Assembly: GCA_032718475.1 (NCBI GenBank)
Contig: JAUCBJ010007309.1
Coordinates: 1-64,000 of the forward strand
Source: Nemertoderma westbladi
Taxonomy: Eukaryota; Animalia; Xenacoelomorpha
Direction of reading: 5' to 3'
DNA length: 64,000 bases
Below, piece after piece: positions 47,160 to 60,078 of the stretch. A program made the position numbers and the translations under genes. Numbering within the stretch: position 1 is the stretch's first letter; every line of letters begins with the position of its first letter. The notes below the pieces were generated by a model. That model worked only from the letters and a program-made list of their open reading frames with translations, made no database searches and had not been told where the DNA came from.

Positions 47160-48580
47160 TTAATTCCAATACGCATTTCGGGCGTCACACCCGTCTTCAG
47201 GGCTATTTAAAAATGAGAAAAAAGTGGTTGAGCCAAAAGTAAAGGATGTGGTGGGTAGGGGGGGGGGGGGGGATGTCATATTGCAGGGTAAACCTTATTG
47301 AGGGGGGTTTGTAAAAGTTAATGTGCACTGCTTCATGGCATAGTCTGCGTAGTGGTTGTTAACAGTTTTTATTATTGTAACCGTAAGGTTTTCTTCCATC
47401 CCGCAGGTAAGGAAGTGAACCAATAGGATCCTTTCGGGGTGTTCAAATTAAAGTTTACCCGATCGCACATCTCGTATTGTGGTCCGGTGTGCATTCATAC
47501 GTTTATGTATATACTGTTCGGTTTGTCCGACATAATAAAATGATGCTAAGGAGCATTGTCGGCATGCGATGACATATTCGACGCTATGGGATTTGCAATT
47601 GAAGGACCTTTGTAATTCGCTCCCCCCAACGGGTCTTTCGGTGATCAGCTATTGTGGGGCACATGAGGCAACGGCCCCCAGCACTACCGCAAGGTTGATT
47701 ACCGGGGGGACCAGGTGGTGGGGCTTTTCTCAATAGGTGGTTACCAAGGTTTGGATTATTGAGGGGTGCGAGAGATATGGCAACATTTAGGTTGCGTAGC
47801 AGCCGGTTGCAGCGCCTTATTTGTGGGGCGAGGGTGGGATGGAACAGTGGTGCGACGGGTAGGAAAATCCGTTTCGGTTTAGCATCTTTTGTAGTTCGCT
47901 TTATCGTTAAGAATTCGTTCCATTTCGGATATTTTATCTTCTGTACTTAAGATGAGAATGTTGCCAGTTTTGTCACCACGCATTATTTCTATGTTGCATT
48001 TGAGTTTACGTAGTGCGCTAACTTCGTCCTTAGTCATGTTTGGGCTGTTCAGTTTATTGGTTCGTCGTATATTAATATTTGAAATAACACGATGTAGTTG
48101 AGTTATTGTTTCTTCGACCTCAGGGTTATCAGATTTTGGTGGGAGGTAGCGGGTGTGTTTGTATAGGGGTGCGTCTTTCAAAGTCAGTTGGGGCTGGGGG
48201 CCATTTTGCTGCGGGCTGGTGGGTAGTAGTTCGGGAATAGTGTTAAGGGATGTGTGTCGGTGGGGGTTGGTAGTATTGGTTTTTGAGCGGGTCCGTGATG
48301 CGGGTGTGTCGGGGTTAAGTGTTGGTTGTGTATTATTATGCGGGTTATTTGGTGTATGGGTGGGTTATATTGGGGGGTGTGATATGTTGAGTGGTTGAGG
48401 TATAGGGGCAGCAAAGTGTGGGGGGTGTTGGGGCAAGGGGAGGGCGTGCCTGGGGTGCTGGTATGGTGGGAGGGAGTACTATGGTATGTTGGGGTGCTAT
48501 GATGCGAAGTTCTTCCTGTGGGCTTGTGGGGCTTAGGATGTGTGTTGCGGATGGGGCTGCTGTGGCGGGGGTTCGATTGG
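47160..48580 (-). mobile_element. Penelope-like element remnant (RT core deleted; GIY-YIG retained)
   Basis: 47879-48181: NMTKDEVSALRKL..IMRGDKTG..ILND..NY (pre-RT region); about 47490-47620: FNCKSHSVEYVIACRQC..YYVGQTEQ..KRMNAHR (GIY-YIG). Confidence 0.82.
47166..47202 (-). ncRNA. Minimal type I hammerhead ribozyme motif at the Penelope 3' end (probably degenerate)
   Basis: Minus strand CTGAAGA-C-GGGTG-TGA-CGCCC-GAAA-TGCG-TA: core boxes, stem II, near-palindromic short stem III; stem I poor. Confidence 0.6.
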
Positions 48581-48582
48581 AA

Positions 48583-48747
48583 TATAACTATTTACATCAT
48601 TGTGTGCAAAGTAGCACTTTGCAGCGTTATGACCCGAGTTTATTTATGTACCGAGCGAGCACAGCGATGAGGGAGGTTTACATAAATAAACAAGGGTCTT
48701 TAACGCTGAAAAGTGCTACTTTGCACACCATGATGTAAATAGTTATA
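48583..48747. repeat. 165-bp imperfect palindrome, possible end of a Crypton-type non-autonomous element
   Basis: TATAACTATTTACATCA..GTGCAAAGTAGCACTTT..ATTTATGTA and its reverse complement; motif ACTTTGCAGCGTTA recurs near 49978-49991. Crypton assignment is inference. Confidence 0.6.
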
Positions 48748-50875
48748 ACATTAACATCTTCACATTATAGTTAACTTATCACAAAACTTTGAACAGTTTT
48801 TTTTGTAAAATGCAACATAATAATTTTGTAACTTTCCCCTACCGATACGGCTTACTGAAAATTAAACATATTCACCAACTGGCCAATAACCAATCATAAC
48901 CAAGTTACATATAAGTTCAAGAAAGAAGAAAGTGCTAAGCTAGTGAGCTGTACTGTAACAGGAGCAGCCCATATATGATTGGTCCGAACACATTGATTCA
49001 AATACGATACTGTAGGCAAATATTATAGCTATCGTTATCGTATGCATACCAACCCAACACGGACTTTAGTTTAACCCATTTTGTTAGACCTACTGGTTGC
49101 AGCCTGCAGTTGATAAATTTTAATCAATTTGGTAATGCCCAAGGCCTACTACTGTAGATGCTAGAAGAGTCTTCTACTGTAGTACCGATAATGTAGTAGG
49201 TCTTGGCCAGACTGGAATCTCTATGTGTTGCACGCCGGAGGTGCGCTGGGCGTAGAATAATTTGCGCCAACCGACACTGAATTTACGCCAACCAAAAAAA
49301 TATGTTCCTACAGTAGAAGGCTACAGTACAGTAAAACGTGTTCACAATGAACTGAAGAACGTTTAAAAACTAATATTAATTACGAATTATATCATTTAGA
49401 ATTGATTTATTAAGTTAATAATTTATACACGGGCGAATATAAAATCTAAGTAATTTTGTTACATTACAGATGTCAACTTATCAGCGTTCGGTATGTGGTG
49501 GAAGGATTTTATGGTTGCTCAGTTATACATTTTAGTCATGTACTATATTCGAATATAAGTGAAATTTATTAACAGGTACACAGTATTAATTAAACATTAT
49601 GTAATTAAAGTTTATTGGCAGTTACCACCTGCTTGGATGTGATAAATCATTAATCCATCTTAAACTATTATAGTCGACTGAAGCAAACTTAGTCAGCGTC
49701 TGTGTCCGTTCAGTTTTACTGAACACTGTGGCCATTTTCTTTGGTCATTTTAGTGTTTTCTATTGGACGTTTCGCCATAATGGATTACAGTACACGTTAA
49801 ACAATTATTTACATTCAGTAGCAGTGGCTAGTCCCGTCACTGCAAACTGGATAATAAAGCAGCTCTATAAATAGAAATAATACATTCTGGAATACGGTAA
49901 TTGAAGTTGTTTCCATGTCAATTATTACTTTGCAACGTTCCGTCCTATAGGCCGCAACGCTGCAAGTGCAAGATAGTACTTTGCAGCGTTACGAGTAATT
50001 CACCAGAACGCTGTTAAGTTGACATAATGTAACAAAATATATATGTGTTAAATACTGTATATGTGATAATGTTAAATACAGTATAATGTGAAGAATACCA
50101 GGTTTTCACTTTTCTGTCAAAAATTGATTGAAATGTTGTATACATCATTCGAAGTGTCATATTTATGTAGTACATTACAGTATATTCATTAATGATTTCA
50201 TAATTATATACGAGGGCAAAGTATTGATTAGGGTAGGGAATATCACATTTCTTAAAATAAGGTGAAACTATTGCATTGTGATTATAAATAAGTCCATGTA
50301 TGTAGATTTGAAGCATTTTGGGTATCTGAATGATATAATGCAGATGTTATATGATATGATGCAGTAATTTTGCTTTTGCTTTACCTGCAAATTTATATTA
50401 TGCAAGATACTGTATATAGATAGTAGTAGGTATAACACATGTGTGGGAATTGTAGGATTTGGCCTCTTGATGACATAATATGCTGGTTATACAGATCTAT
50501 TGTGTATTGTGGAAAGTGAAAATATTAATTCCTACTCCAATAGTTAATGACTAGGCCTACTGCGCTGTACTGTATGTATGTTTGGTTTTTCCTCAGATGT
50601 GTTTGTGATGTACGAATTAATAAAGCATTTTGTCTACTCACTGATTCGAGTGACTAAAGTGAACTGAGAGCCCCATATTACTTTATATTTAACTCCATGT
50701 TGCCCCATGTATAATTTTTCTCAAAATTTTTATTCTGACATTGTTTATCTTCCCTCTTTCATGCATATTACTTATGTGTGCACTGTATGCATGTATAATA
50801 ACCTCCCCTGTCAATTCCATTATTTTAATTTAATTTTTCCATAGACAGAGATTTCAAGGAAATCTAGAGGAAATC

Positions 50876-51056
50876 TGTTATATCCATATAAAAGCATAAT
50901 AATCTATAGATATGATATATATTGCTCTATACATTGTGCAGTCGTACCAGTGTACACAAGTACTGCAGTGTACTGCCGTACTGTAGTGTATATGTGCATA
51001 CCGGTAATCCTAATCCTATATCATAGGCCATGGCCTAAGTAATACTGGACACGACA
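50876..51056 (-). repeat. Gypsy 3' LTR (181 bp)
   Basis: TGTTATATCC...GGACACGACA. Confidence 0.95.
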
Positions 51057-51281
51057 TCACTTCCTCCAACAAGTAATTAAAACAACAAGAGAAATAATAG
51101 GTATTGATGTACTTATGACTTACTGGTTAATTTCACATACGGCTTAATATCACATTATCACATACCACCAAACAAATTAGTTAGTAATAGATTGTCCTAG
51201 TTAAGCGTTTGTCAGGCTTTAATCAATGTTATAAATGTTTCTATGAATGTTCTATATTACTGTTTCAAAATTGTTTCAATC

Positions 51282-54200
51282 TTAATAACGAATATATGGT
51301 CCCAAGTCTCTAGGTTTTCGTTGTCGTGATGGTCTAGAGTTTTCTACTTGTCCCTGCAGTAATTCATGTTCATCATTGCAGTTACCGTCTGGTTCGGCTT
51401 GGGGCATCGGTCTGGAATCAACATCATCGTCTAAATCTTCCCCTATGTCTTTATTGTACAAATCCTCAGAGGACGCATCACTTTTCTCATTGGTCTTGCT
51501 GGAGTGGTAGTGTTTCATATGGGTTGGATTTCGTTGCAGTGTAGACCCATGTTTTCCTTGTAGTATCATGGATTCTCCCTTCCGGCCAATTATTGTATAT
51601 GGTGAGGGGAGCCATGTAGTTGAATATCCCTTTTCTACTCGGTTAAATCTGCGAATAAGGACAATATCCCCAACTTCAAAATCTCTTTCCTTAGCATGGC
51701 GTCGATTATCTGTATATTCTTTCATTCTCCTCTTATATTTCTGATCACGTTGTTGAACTGCTACATTGATATCTGGATTTGGTGTTAAAGCTTGGTTTGA
51801 TAGCAATGCAGGGAGTTTTGTTTTTAATGTTCGATGGAACATTAATTCAGCGGGTGAGAATCCAGTGGCAGGATGAGGTGTAGATCTATAGTTGAGTAGG
51901 AATGTCTGGAGATTGGTTTGCCAACTCTTATCTTCAACGTGGCAACTCTCTATGAATTTTCCCAGTGGCTGGTTAAGCCGTTCAATTTCCCCATTGGCGG
52001 AAGGGAATCGTGGGCTGATCAAATGTACTTTTATGTCTCTTTGTTTACAATACCGTCCGAATTCCTGTGAGCGAAAAGCAGGCCCATTATCAGTTATGAT
52101 ATCTTTTGGAAACCCAAATATACTGAAAGTTCTTTCACACGCCTCTATCACATGTTTCGCATTTTCTGAATTCATAGGGATAACAATAGGATAATGAGAT
52201 CTGTAGCAAATCATAGTTAATATATGTTTATGATCAACAGGGCCTAGAAAATCCATTCCTATCTTTGACCATGTTTCATTGGGAATGACTGTGGGTTTCA
52301 GTGGTGAGGGTTTTGCAGGTTTGCCTGTAGCTTGGCATGGTAAACACCTTGTTATATAATTTTCTGTATCCTTGTTTAAATTGGGTCACCATACCGTTTC
52401 CCGTAGGAGTTGTTTGGTACGTGTCATGCCTTGATGACCTTCATGGGCTATCTCAATACAGAGGTCACGTAATAGCTGGGGTATAACGATTCTCTTCCCC
52501 CGTAATATTATATTATCGTGGGTGATGCTGAACTCATGTCGATCTGAGTAATATGGCTTCAACACATCTTTGTCTTTGTCCCATGCATCATTCATAATAG
52601 CGGAATGCAGAATAATCAAAGAAGTGTCCTTCATAGTATGTTCAATTATTGTTTCAAGGTTCAGATTAAATGGTAAATTGCTTTGGATTATTGCTCTGAC
52701 ATACTGTTCTGTATGTTTTCCCTTCTGTGGGCATGAACCTTCTGGTGTTTGGCGCGATAATATGTCTGCATAGTTGTCCTTGCCTTGGATATAAGATAAC
52801 TTATAATTATATTCCCCTTGTATTTTCAGCAACATGCGTTCTATGCGAGGTGTTGGGTTACCGTTGGGTGCGAAAATTCGCAATAGTGGTTTATGGTATG
52901 TTTGTATGTTAACTGGTTGTGGTGCTCCACGAAGATAGATGTTATATCGCTGCAATGCCCAAGTTATTCCCAGTGCCTCTCTTTCTGTTTGGCTATATCG
53001 ACTTTCAGTTTCTGAAAGAGACCGATGGGCAAAAGCAACTGGCTGATCAAGTCCTGATGGTTGGGTCTGGCTCAGAATTGCACTAATTGCTGTGGGTGAT
53101 GCATCAGTGGTGAGTGTTGTAGGAAGATCACGTTTGAAATATGCCAATGTTCTAGGATTTGATATTTCTTCAATCAGCGTCTTCCAAGCTATGAGGGCTT
53201 CATCCGACATTTCGAACACTTTGTTCTTTGCAAGTAGACTCTGAAGAGGTGCTTTAAGAATGGCATAATTTGGGATGAAAGGTGACAACCACCCAAGCAA
53301 TCCAAGACTGGACTTTAGTTCATTCTTGGTAGTTGGAATTTTTAGGTTTTTTACTGCCTCAATTTTCTTCTCACAGGGTGTCAGCCCCGTGTTTGTAAGT
53401 AGATGCCCCAGGAATTCAACGCTTGTCTGCAAAAATACACACTTTGATCGTTTTAATTTTATGTTTCGTTCTTTGCATCTTGCTAACACTTGCTGCAGAC
53501 GGTTTAAATGTTGCTGCTTCCCATAACCCCACACAATTATGTCATCACTGGCATTTCTTGTTCCATCAATCCCTTGTATGGAACGTTCCAACTCACGATG
53601 GAAAATTTCTCCACTGGTTGATACACCCATAACCAGAGTAGTATAACGTTTCATTCCTTTGTGAGTGGCAAATGTTGTAAGTGGTCGTGAATCAGGATGT
53701 AAACCAATTTGATGGTACCCACGATCACAATCTAAATGTGAGTAATATAAAGTCAAGTCATCAGTCATATTGGATGGATTAGGAGGTTCTTCCAAGGCAA
53801 TTTGATCAACAATTTCTTCGAGTGTCGGTATCGGATGCCGTTCGCGTACTAGATGTTTATTAAGTTCCCGGGCATCAAGTGTAATCCGAACTACGGGAAG
53901 GTTTTCATCATCTGTGCGGTTGGGTTTAATTTGAAGTACCATTCTTGAAACCCATGGGGTAGGACCAGTGGCAGTTTCAATCATATTAGCCTCCTCCTGG
54001 ATGGAAAGTTCTTTTTCACACGGGCGGCGGAGATGAAATGGAATACGTGATGCACGTACTGCGACAGGGTCTGCATCTTCTCTGAGGTGTAATTTCACTT
54101 GTATTGGGGTGCCATTTTCGTCACACATGAGACCTGTGGCTGAGAAAACATCGGAATATTTTGATATAATATTGTCCAGATGTGATGTGTCCAATGTTTT

Positions 54201-55619
54201 GTGAGTTTTGCATTCTAATAATTGTCGCACTCCTATCTTCATTCCTCTTTCTTTCACACTAGGTGGGCCAACCCGTAGCAAATCCAAAGCTGTGGCAGAT
54301 TTGTATCCTAATAGAGATAAGTCTTGTGTACTAACAACAATAAACTTTACCTTAGCTGCTTGCCCACAGGCTTCCACTGTTGCTCGCACTTTTCCAACGA
54401 TTTTTAGCGGAGTTTTTGAATTGTATGGATATATGATACTTTTAGTGGGTGTTAGATTCATGTATTCACCATGTTGTTGTAGTGTTTTGTATGCAGAATA
54501 TGTGAAGATATTACATTCTGCTCCAGAATCAATCAGTATAGGGATGCTTGTATTGTTGATATTTACATTGTAACAAGGACCCGCAGTAGAAATCTTATGA
54601 ATTTTGTGTTCCTTAAATAGAGCATTGATGCATAAATCACCATACTCATCAGATGATGTGCTTTCTTCGCTGTAAATCGTTTCAGTTTCTTCATTGTCGT
54701 CGACTAATTGTCGTAAGTTTCGTTTAGTTTTCATACATACTCCTTTCATGTGTCCTATTCCACCACATGCATTACAGATGATTTTTGCTGATATTCGACA
54801 ATCAGGAACTTTGTGATCTGTATTCCCACATCGGTAACAATGTGTATATTGGGGTGTGCTGACAGAATTTGCAGTTGGCGGCTTGTTCTGGTATTTATAA
54901 TTTACCGTTTTTCGCTGCCATTGCTGTTCAGTATTTGCTTTTGGCCTTGAATATCGGTTTTTAAATTTAGCTATTTTATTAACTTCAAGGTCATCAATGT
55001 CGTCACTTTGTCCCACTAGTTTTGTAGATCGTGCGAACTCTTCAATATCTAGTGCTTGTTTAGATGTCTGTTCTAGCGTTTGAGCAATTTGAATACATCA
55101 TGTTAGTGTACAAGCTGCAGCGTCTTCCTCTGCCACTCGAAGAAATCGTTGTAATAATTTCTTGGATCGACATCCTGCTACAGCGCGGTCACGCATATTT
55201 CGCTCTAAAGCATTGCCAAAATTACAATACTTGGCCTGTTTCCGAAGTCGTGCTATATATGAGCTGAATAACTCATTTGGCTCTCGTGTTAGTGAGTTAA
55301 ACCTGAATGTTGAAAATACTTCATTTTCTCTTTTGCCGAATTCATTATTTAGTGATGTACGTGCTACTGTGTAGACATTTTCATTAGTGTCAGGCACAGG
55401 TTGTGGAATAGTCAATGTAACAAAGCGGTCCTGTACCTCTTCACCAGATATATGTAGAAGAATGCTTTTCATTTGTTCAGGGTCTTTGACACCCAGTGCA
55501 GACAAATATATGTCGAAAGTGTTTAGCCACTTTTCCCAGCGAGGGGTTACGGAACTAACATCATATGAAATTTTAAATGGTTCTGGTGCACGTCGGGAGA
55601 TATGTCTGGCTTCGGCCAT
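51282..55619 (-). pseudogene. Gypsy gag-pol in a single frame with two premature TGA stops
   Basis: ORFs 55619-55098, 55016-52386 and 52256-51282 share one frame; two CCHC, protease IDSGA, RT (NASDDII), RNase H (TDASP; TYHKPL in place of TDHKPL), integrase (DFLGP, TDNGP, NGEIER). Confidence 0.94.
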
Positions 55620-56178
55620 CCCTTAACACTGTAACGTGTACCGATACTGTGATTTTGTAATAACTTATATCTCAGTATTTATCTTAACTACGAACTGTCA
55701 GAAGCGGCCTACAGTATTGCTATTACTGTATTGGCTTTGGCTCCTATTTTATGTCGAGAACAATTCCTGTAATCATGGAACTGCTATAATATAATATGCA
55801 TGCTAGGTTAGGCTGCTAGGCCTAGGTTGTTAATATGAAAATTTTACAACTGTACTGTTGTATATTGTAAGCGCTGTAAGCTGTAAGCGATTGTAGGTTA
55901 ATAAATACCGGTAGTCTGGTAGTTGTGGGTTAATAATACCGGCAGTTGTACAACTGTAATGTTGTACCAAATAGGTAGGCCTATACTTGTAAGCAAATGG
56001 CCTGAGTTTTCTCTGTACCGGTGCCAGAATCTTTTATCACTAAATCCAGAGTCACCAGATCAGTTTCTCCTTTCGCAGTACTGGTAAGCCTAAATCTGTA
56101 AATGGCGTAAGCCAGTAAGAAGCTTAAGTCTGTAGGTAGAAATGTCACCACCACGTGGATCGACCGACTCGTCGCCAA

Positions 56179-56378
56179 TGTTATATCCATATAAAAGCAT
56201 AATAATCTATAGATATGATATATATTGCTCTATACATTGTGCAGTCGTACCAGTGTACACAAGTACTGCAGTGTACTGCCGTACTGATATAGTACTGTAG
56301 TATATATGTGCATACCGGTAATCCTAATCCTATATCTGTATATCATAGGCCATGGCCTAAGTAATACTGGACACGACA
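56179..56378 (-). repeat. Gypsy 5' LTR (200 bp)
   Basis: Same as the 3' LTR apart from two short insertions (11 and 8 bp) and very few substitutions. Confidence 0.95.
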
Positions 56379-58321
56379 AAATCCAGCAAAATCAGAATCA
56401 CAAGAGGGAGCCCAAAGTCTCCTCTGCTGATTTGAGCAGGTTTCTTTCTAGTGTTGGTCTATTTGTAAACTCCAAGAAGACCAAAATCATGACAGTGAAC
56501 CTAGATAGCCCTCAAGAACTGTCTGATCGTAAAGGGCATAAAGCTCTATGGACGGCTTGCTTGAGCACGTGGATGACTTCTGCTACTTCGGATCATGGAT
56601 CAGAAAGTCAGGTGAAGACCTTCAGATACGTAAAAGGGGGAGGCATGGGCAGCGTTAAATAGTCTGTCCAGGATTTGGAAGTTTCATAGAATAAAACGGA
56701 ACCTTAAGGTTCGATTACTTATGGCTGTACAGTCCCTGCTAACCAGACACGCTACACGCTATTATACCAAACGTTTGTTTATATGCTTGAATCATGTTGA
56801 CATGTTTTTTTTCTAAACTTGTTTTAATCAACATGTTATTTTAACATCTAAATAACATAATATCCAATCATGTTATAATCAAACATTTGTTGATCACGTT
56901 TTAATGATACCTAAATGTAACATGTTTTATCATGTAATTATTTAACATTTGTTTTACATGTTATTGTGTAACATAAATCATACATGTTTATTCCAGCTGT
57001 TTGTTAAATGCTACTTTGTCGTGTTGAACAAACGTCCTGCACATCATTGCCAATATGTCTTAAGGCTGTTTGAATAAACCGCCTAAAATTTACCGCCAAA
57101 TTCGTTTATAGGCCTATAAATCATGCAGCAGTGCATGCAGTACATCAGTCAGTCAGTAGACACTCCACTGCCTGCCCCAGCCTACCAGCACCCTCTCCAT
57201 GCACTCCAGCCACATTCTGAGAGCTTGACAGTAGTGCTGCAGTGTGTAGGCCAGCTGTTTACTGGTTTAAGTGCTGCAATAGGGTTGACCATACTGCCAT
57301 ATGTTTGTTTACTGCCGTATGCCTATATTAACTGTTTAAGTTATTTTAGTCAAGGTGGTGAACAATACTGCTATACCGGTACCATTATTTATCTGATTTT
57401 AGGCTTGTTTGGCTAGTGTCGTTCAAACGTACAATACCTGTTACCGGTACGTTGGAAAGAATTTTCGAATCCAGATCTTCTGTCAACTGTCAAGTTGGCC
57501 CACATTTAATGCGAAGGTTCTTCACTTAACAGGTTTGTATTGAACTTGAATAGGCTTCTTACACATCGTTATTTCAGTGATTCAAGTGATTAAAATCCTA
57601 ATCCTGTAATCTATTTGGATCAAATAGAGGGAAAAAGCGCCGGCGGCCGGAAGTAAATTACACATGCGGTCCCAGGCAGCCAGCTAAAGATACGCATCAG
57701 ATTCTGGCGATGAGGTTATTATTTTACTTACTACTAGGCCTTGCTGTTAGGTTTGGCCCACTTGGTACTTTGGGCCGTTTATAAATCGTCAGAGCGTGCA
57801 TATGTATACTGTAATTTAAAATAAAACATGCCTTACTCTGGCTATCTATGGTAGGTAAGTAAATGTTTGCTTTATTTTTTACTCATTTCCTCTTTATAAA
57901 CCAGTCCCCAGTGCAGTGGCAATGTGAAACAGTCTGTGATGGGTTGTGGTGACTTGTGCACGTTGATCTAATTGCTCCAATGCTACATATGTATATATAT
58001 TATTATCATTTTAGGTGGAATATATGAGCGACAATGAATCCAATCATGTTTCCAATACGATACTCACACTGATTACCCAGACAACTAACAATACGTTGAT
58101 CATTGATACTCAGAGGTGAAGCCTCTCCCTCTATCTACAACCTAACCCTATTCTAAGACAACACTAAACTCTAGACTTACCTAACCAAACCCTTTCACTA
58201 AGCTACCACTATATATCCCATGGCGATATTTTCTCGAAATATTTTTCCAGTCTCGATGTTTTATATATCGAGACGCTTTTTTATACTTTTGGAAGCAGAG
58301 ACAGAAGTTGGGCGAGACAGA

Positions 58322-59641
58322 AGTCACAGCCACTCAATGCAATGTCACAACCACTCAATGCTATGTCACAGCCGCTCAATGCTATGTCACAGCCGCTCAA
58401 TGCTATGTCACAGCCACTCAAAGCTATGTCACAGACACTCAACGCTATGTCACAGCCACTCAACGCTATCTCACAGGCGCTCAATGCCATGTCACAGCCA
58501 CTCAATGCAATGTCACAACCACTCAATGCTATGTCACAGCCGCTCAATGCTATGTCACAGCCGCTCAATGCTATGTCATACCCACTCAACGCTATGCCAC
58601 AGCCACCCAACGCTATGTCACAGCCACAGCCACTCAACGCTATCTCACAGGCGCTCAATGCCATGTCACAGCCACTCAACGCTATGTCACAACCACGCAA
58701 TGCTATGCCACAGCCACCCAACGCTATGTCACAGCCACTCAACGCTATGTCACAGACACTCAACGCTATGTCACAGCCACTCAACGTATTGTCACAGCCA
58801 CCCAACGCTTTGTCACAACAACCACTCAACCGCTATGCCACACTGCCACAGCCACCCAACGCTATGTCACATCACAACCACCCAACGCTATGTCACAGCC
58901 GCCCAATGCTATGTCACATCCACTCAATGCTTTGTCACAGCCACTCAACGCTATGTCACAGTTACTCAACGCTATGTCACAGTTACTCAACGCTATGTCA
59001 CAGCCACTCAACGCTATGTCACAGCCAATCAACGCTAGCCACCCAACGTTATGTCACAGCCAATCAACGCTATGTCACAGCCACTCAATGCTATGCCACA
59101 GTCACCCAACGCTATGTCACAGCCGCCCAATGCTATGTCACAGCCGCTCAACGCTATGCCACAGCCACCCAACGCTATGTCACATCACAACCACCCAACG
59201 CTATGTCACAGCCGCTCAATGCTATGTCACAGCCGCTCAATGCTATGTCACAGCCACTCAAAGCTATGTCACAGCCACACAACGCTATGTCACAGCCAAT
59301 CAACGCTATGTCACAGCCACTCAATGCTATGCCACAGCCACCCAACGCTATGTCACAGCCGTTCAATGCTATGTCACAGCCGATCAATGCGTCATACCGC
59401 TCAATGCTTTGTCACAGCCACTCAAAGCTATGTCACAGCCACTCAACGCTATGTCACAGTTACTCAACGCTATGTCACAGCCACTCAACGCTATGCCACA
59501 GCCACTCAATTCTATGCCACAGCCACCCAACGCTATGTCACAGTCACCCAACGCTGGCCACCCATCGCTGGCCACCCAACGCTGTGTCACAGTCACCCAA
59601 CGCTGGCCACCCAACGCTATGTCACAGCGACAGCCACTCAA
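58322..59641. repeat. 21-bp minisatellite (GTCACAGCCACTCAAYGCTAT), about 60 units
   Basis: Clear 21-nt periodicity; produces stop-free repetitive ORFs in several frames. Confidence 0.96.
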
Positions 59642-59870
59642 CAATTCCCCATTTATTTTTATTTAGGTTTACATCTTGTAGATACCGGTAATGAATGACA
59701 CGAATAGCCAACGAAGATATTAATGAAATAACATTTCTTTAACAGATATTTATTGCAGATGATGAAGTCTTAGTTTAATATAGTCCTAGTCCGAGCCTTA
59801 TATTTTTTTAACACAAATAAATTAATTTTCCAGATCCAAGATACGGGAAAGTTATTCCACTTTGCTAGCG

Positions 59871-60078
59871 ACGGATATCCTTGGTGGAACGGACTCCGGA
59901 TTCAGTGATATCGACGGATCCTTGCCGGAACGGACTCCGGATTCAGTGATATCGACGGATCCTTGGCGGAACGGACTCCGGATTCAGTGATATCGACGGA
60001 TCCTTGGCGGAACGGACTCCGGATTCAGTGATATCGACGGATCCTTGGCGGAACGGACTCCGGATTCAGTGATATCGC
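59871..60078. repeat. 41-bp tandem repeat, 5 copies
   Basis: Unit ACGGATCCTTGGCGGAACGGACTCCGGATTCAGTGATATCG. Confidence 0.95.

Larger units (their letters stand above)
50876..56378 (-). mobile_element. Near-intact Gypsy/Ty3 LTR retrotransposon (Mag-like)
   Basis: LTRs 50876-51056 and 56179-56378; 5-bp TSD AAATC (50871-50875, 56379-56383); PBS TGGCGACGAG; purine tract GGAGGAAGTGA before the 3' LTR. Confidence 0.96.

Noticed and set aside
52386-55100. In-frame TGA/TAG stops as evidence of an alternative genetic code or readthrough
   Set aside because: Isolated stops explainable by single substitutions (e.g. TGG to TGA in VWWP); TGG is used for Trp throughout, and a catalytic RNase H Asp is also mutated.
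58220-59698. 450-aa repetitive ORFs as real proteins
   Set aside because: All + frames are open because of the 21-bp unit, and indels shuffle frames; no unique domain.
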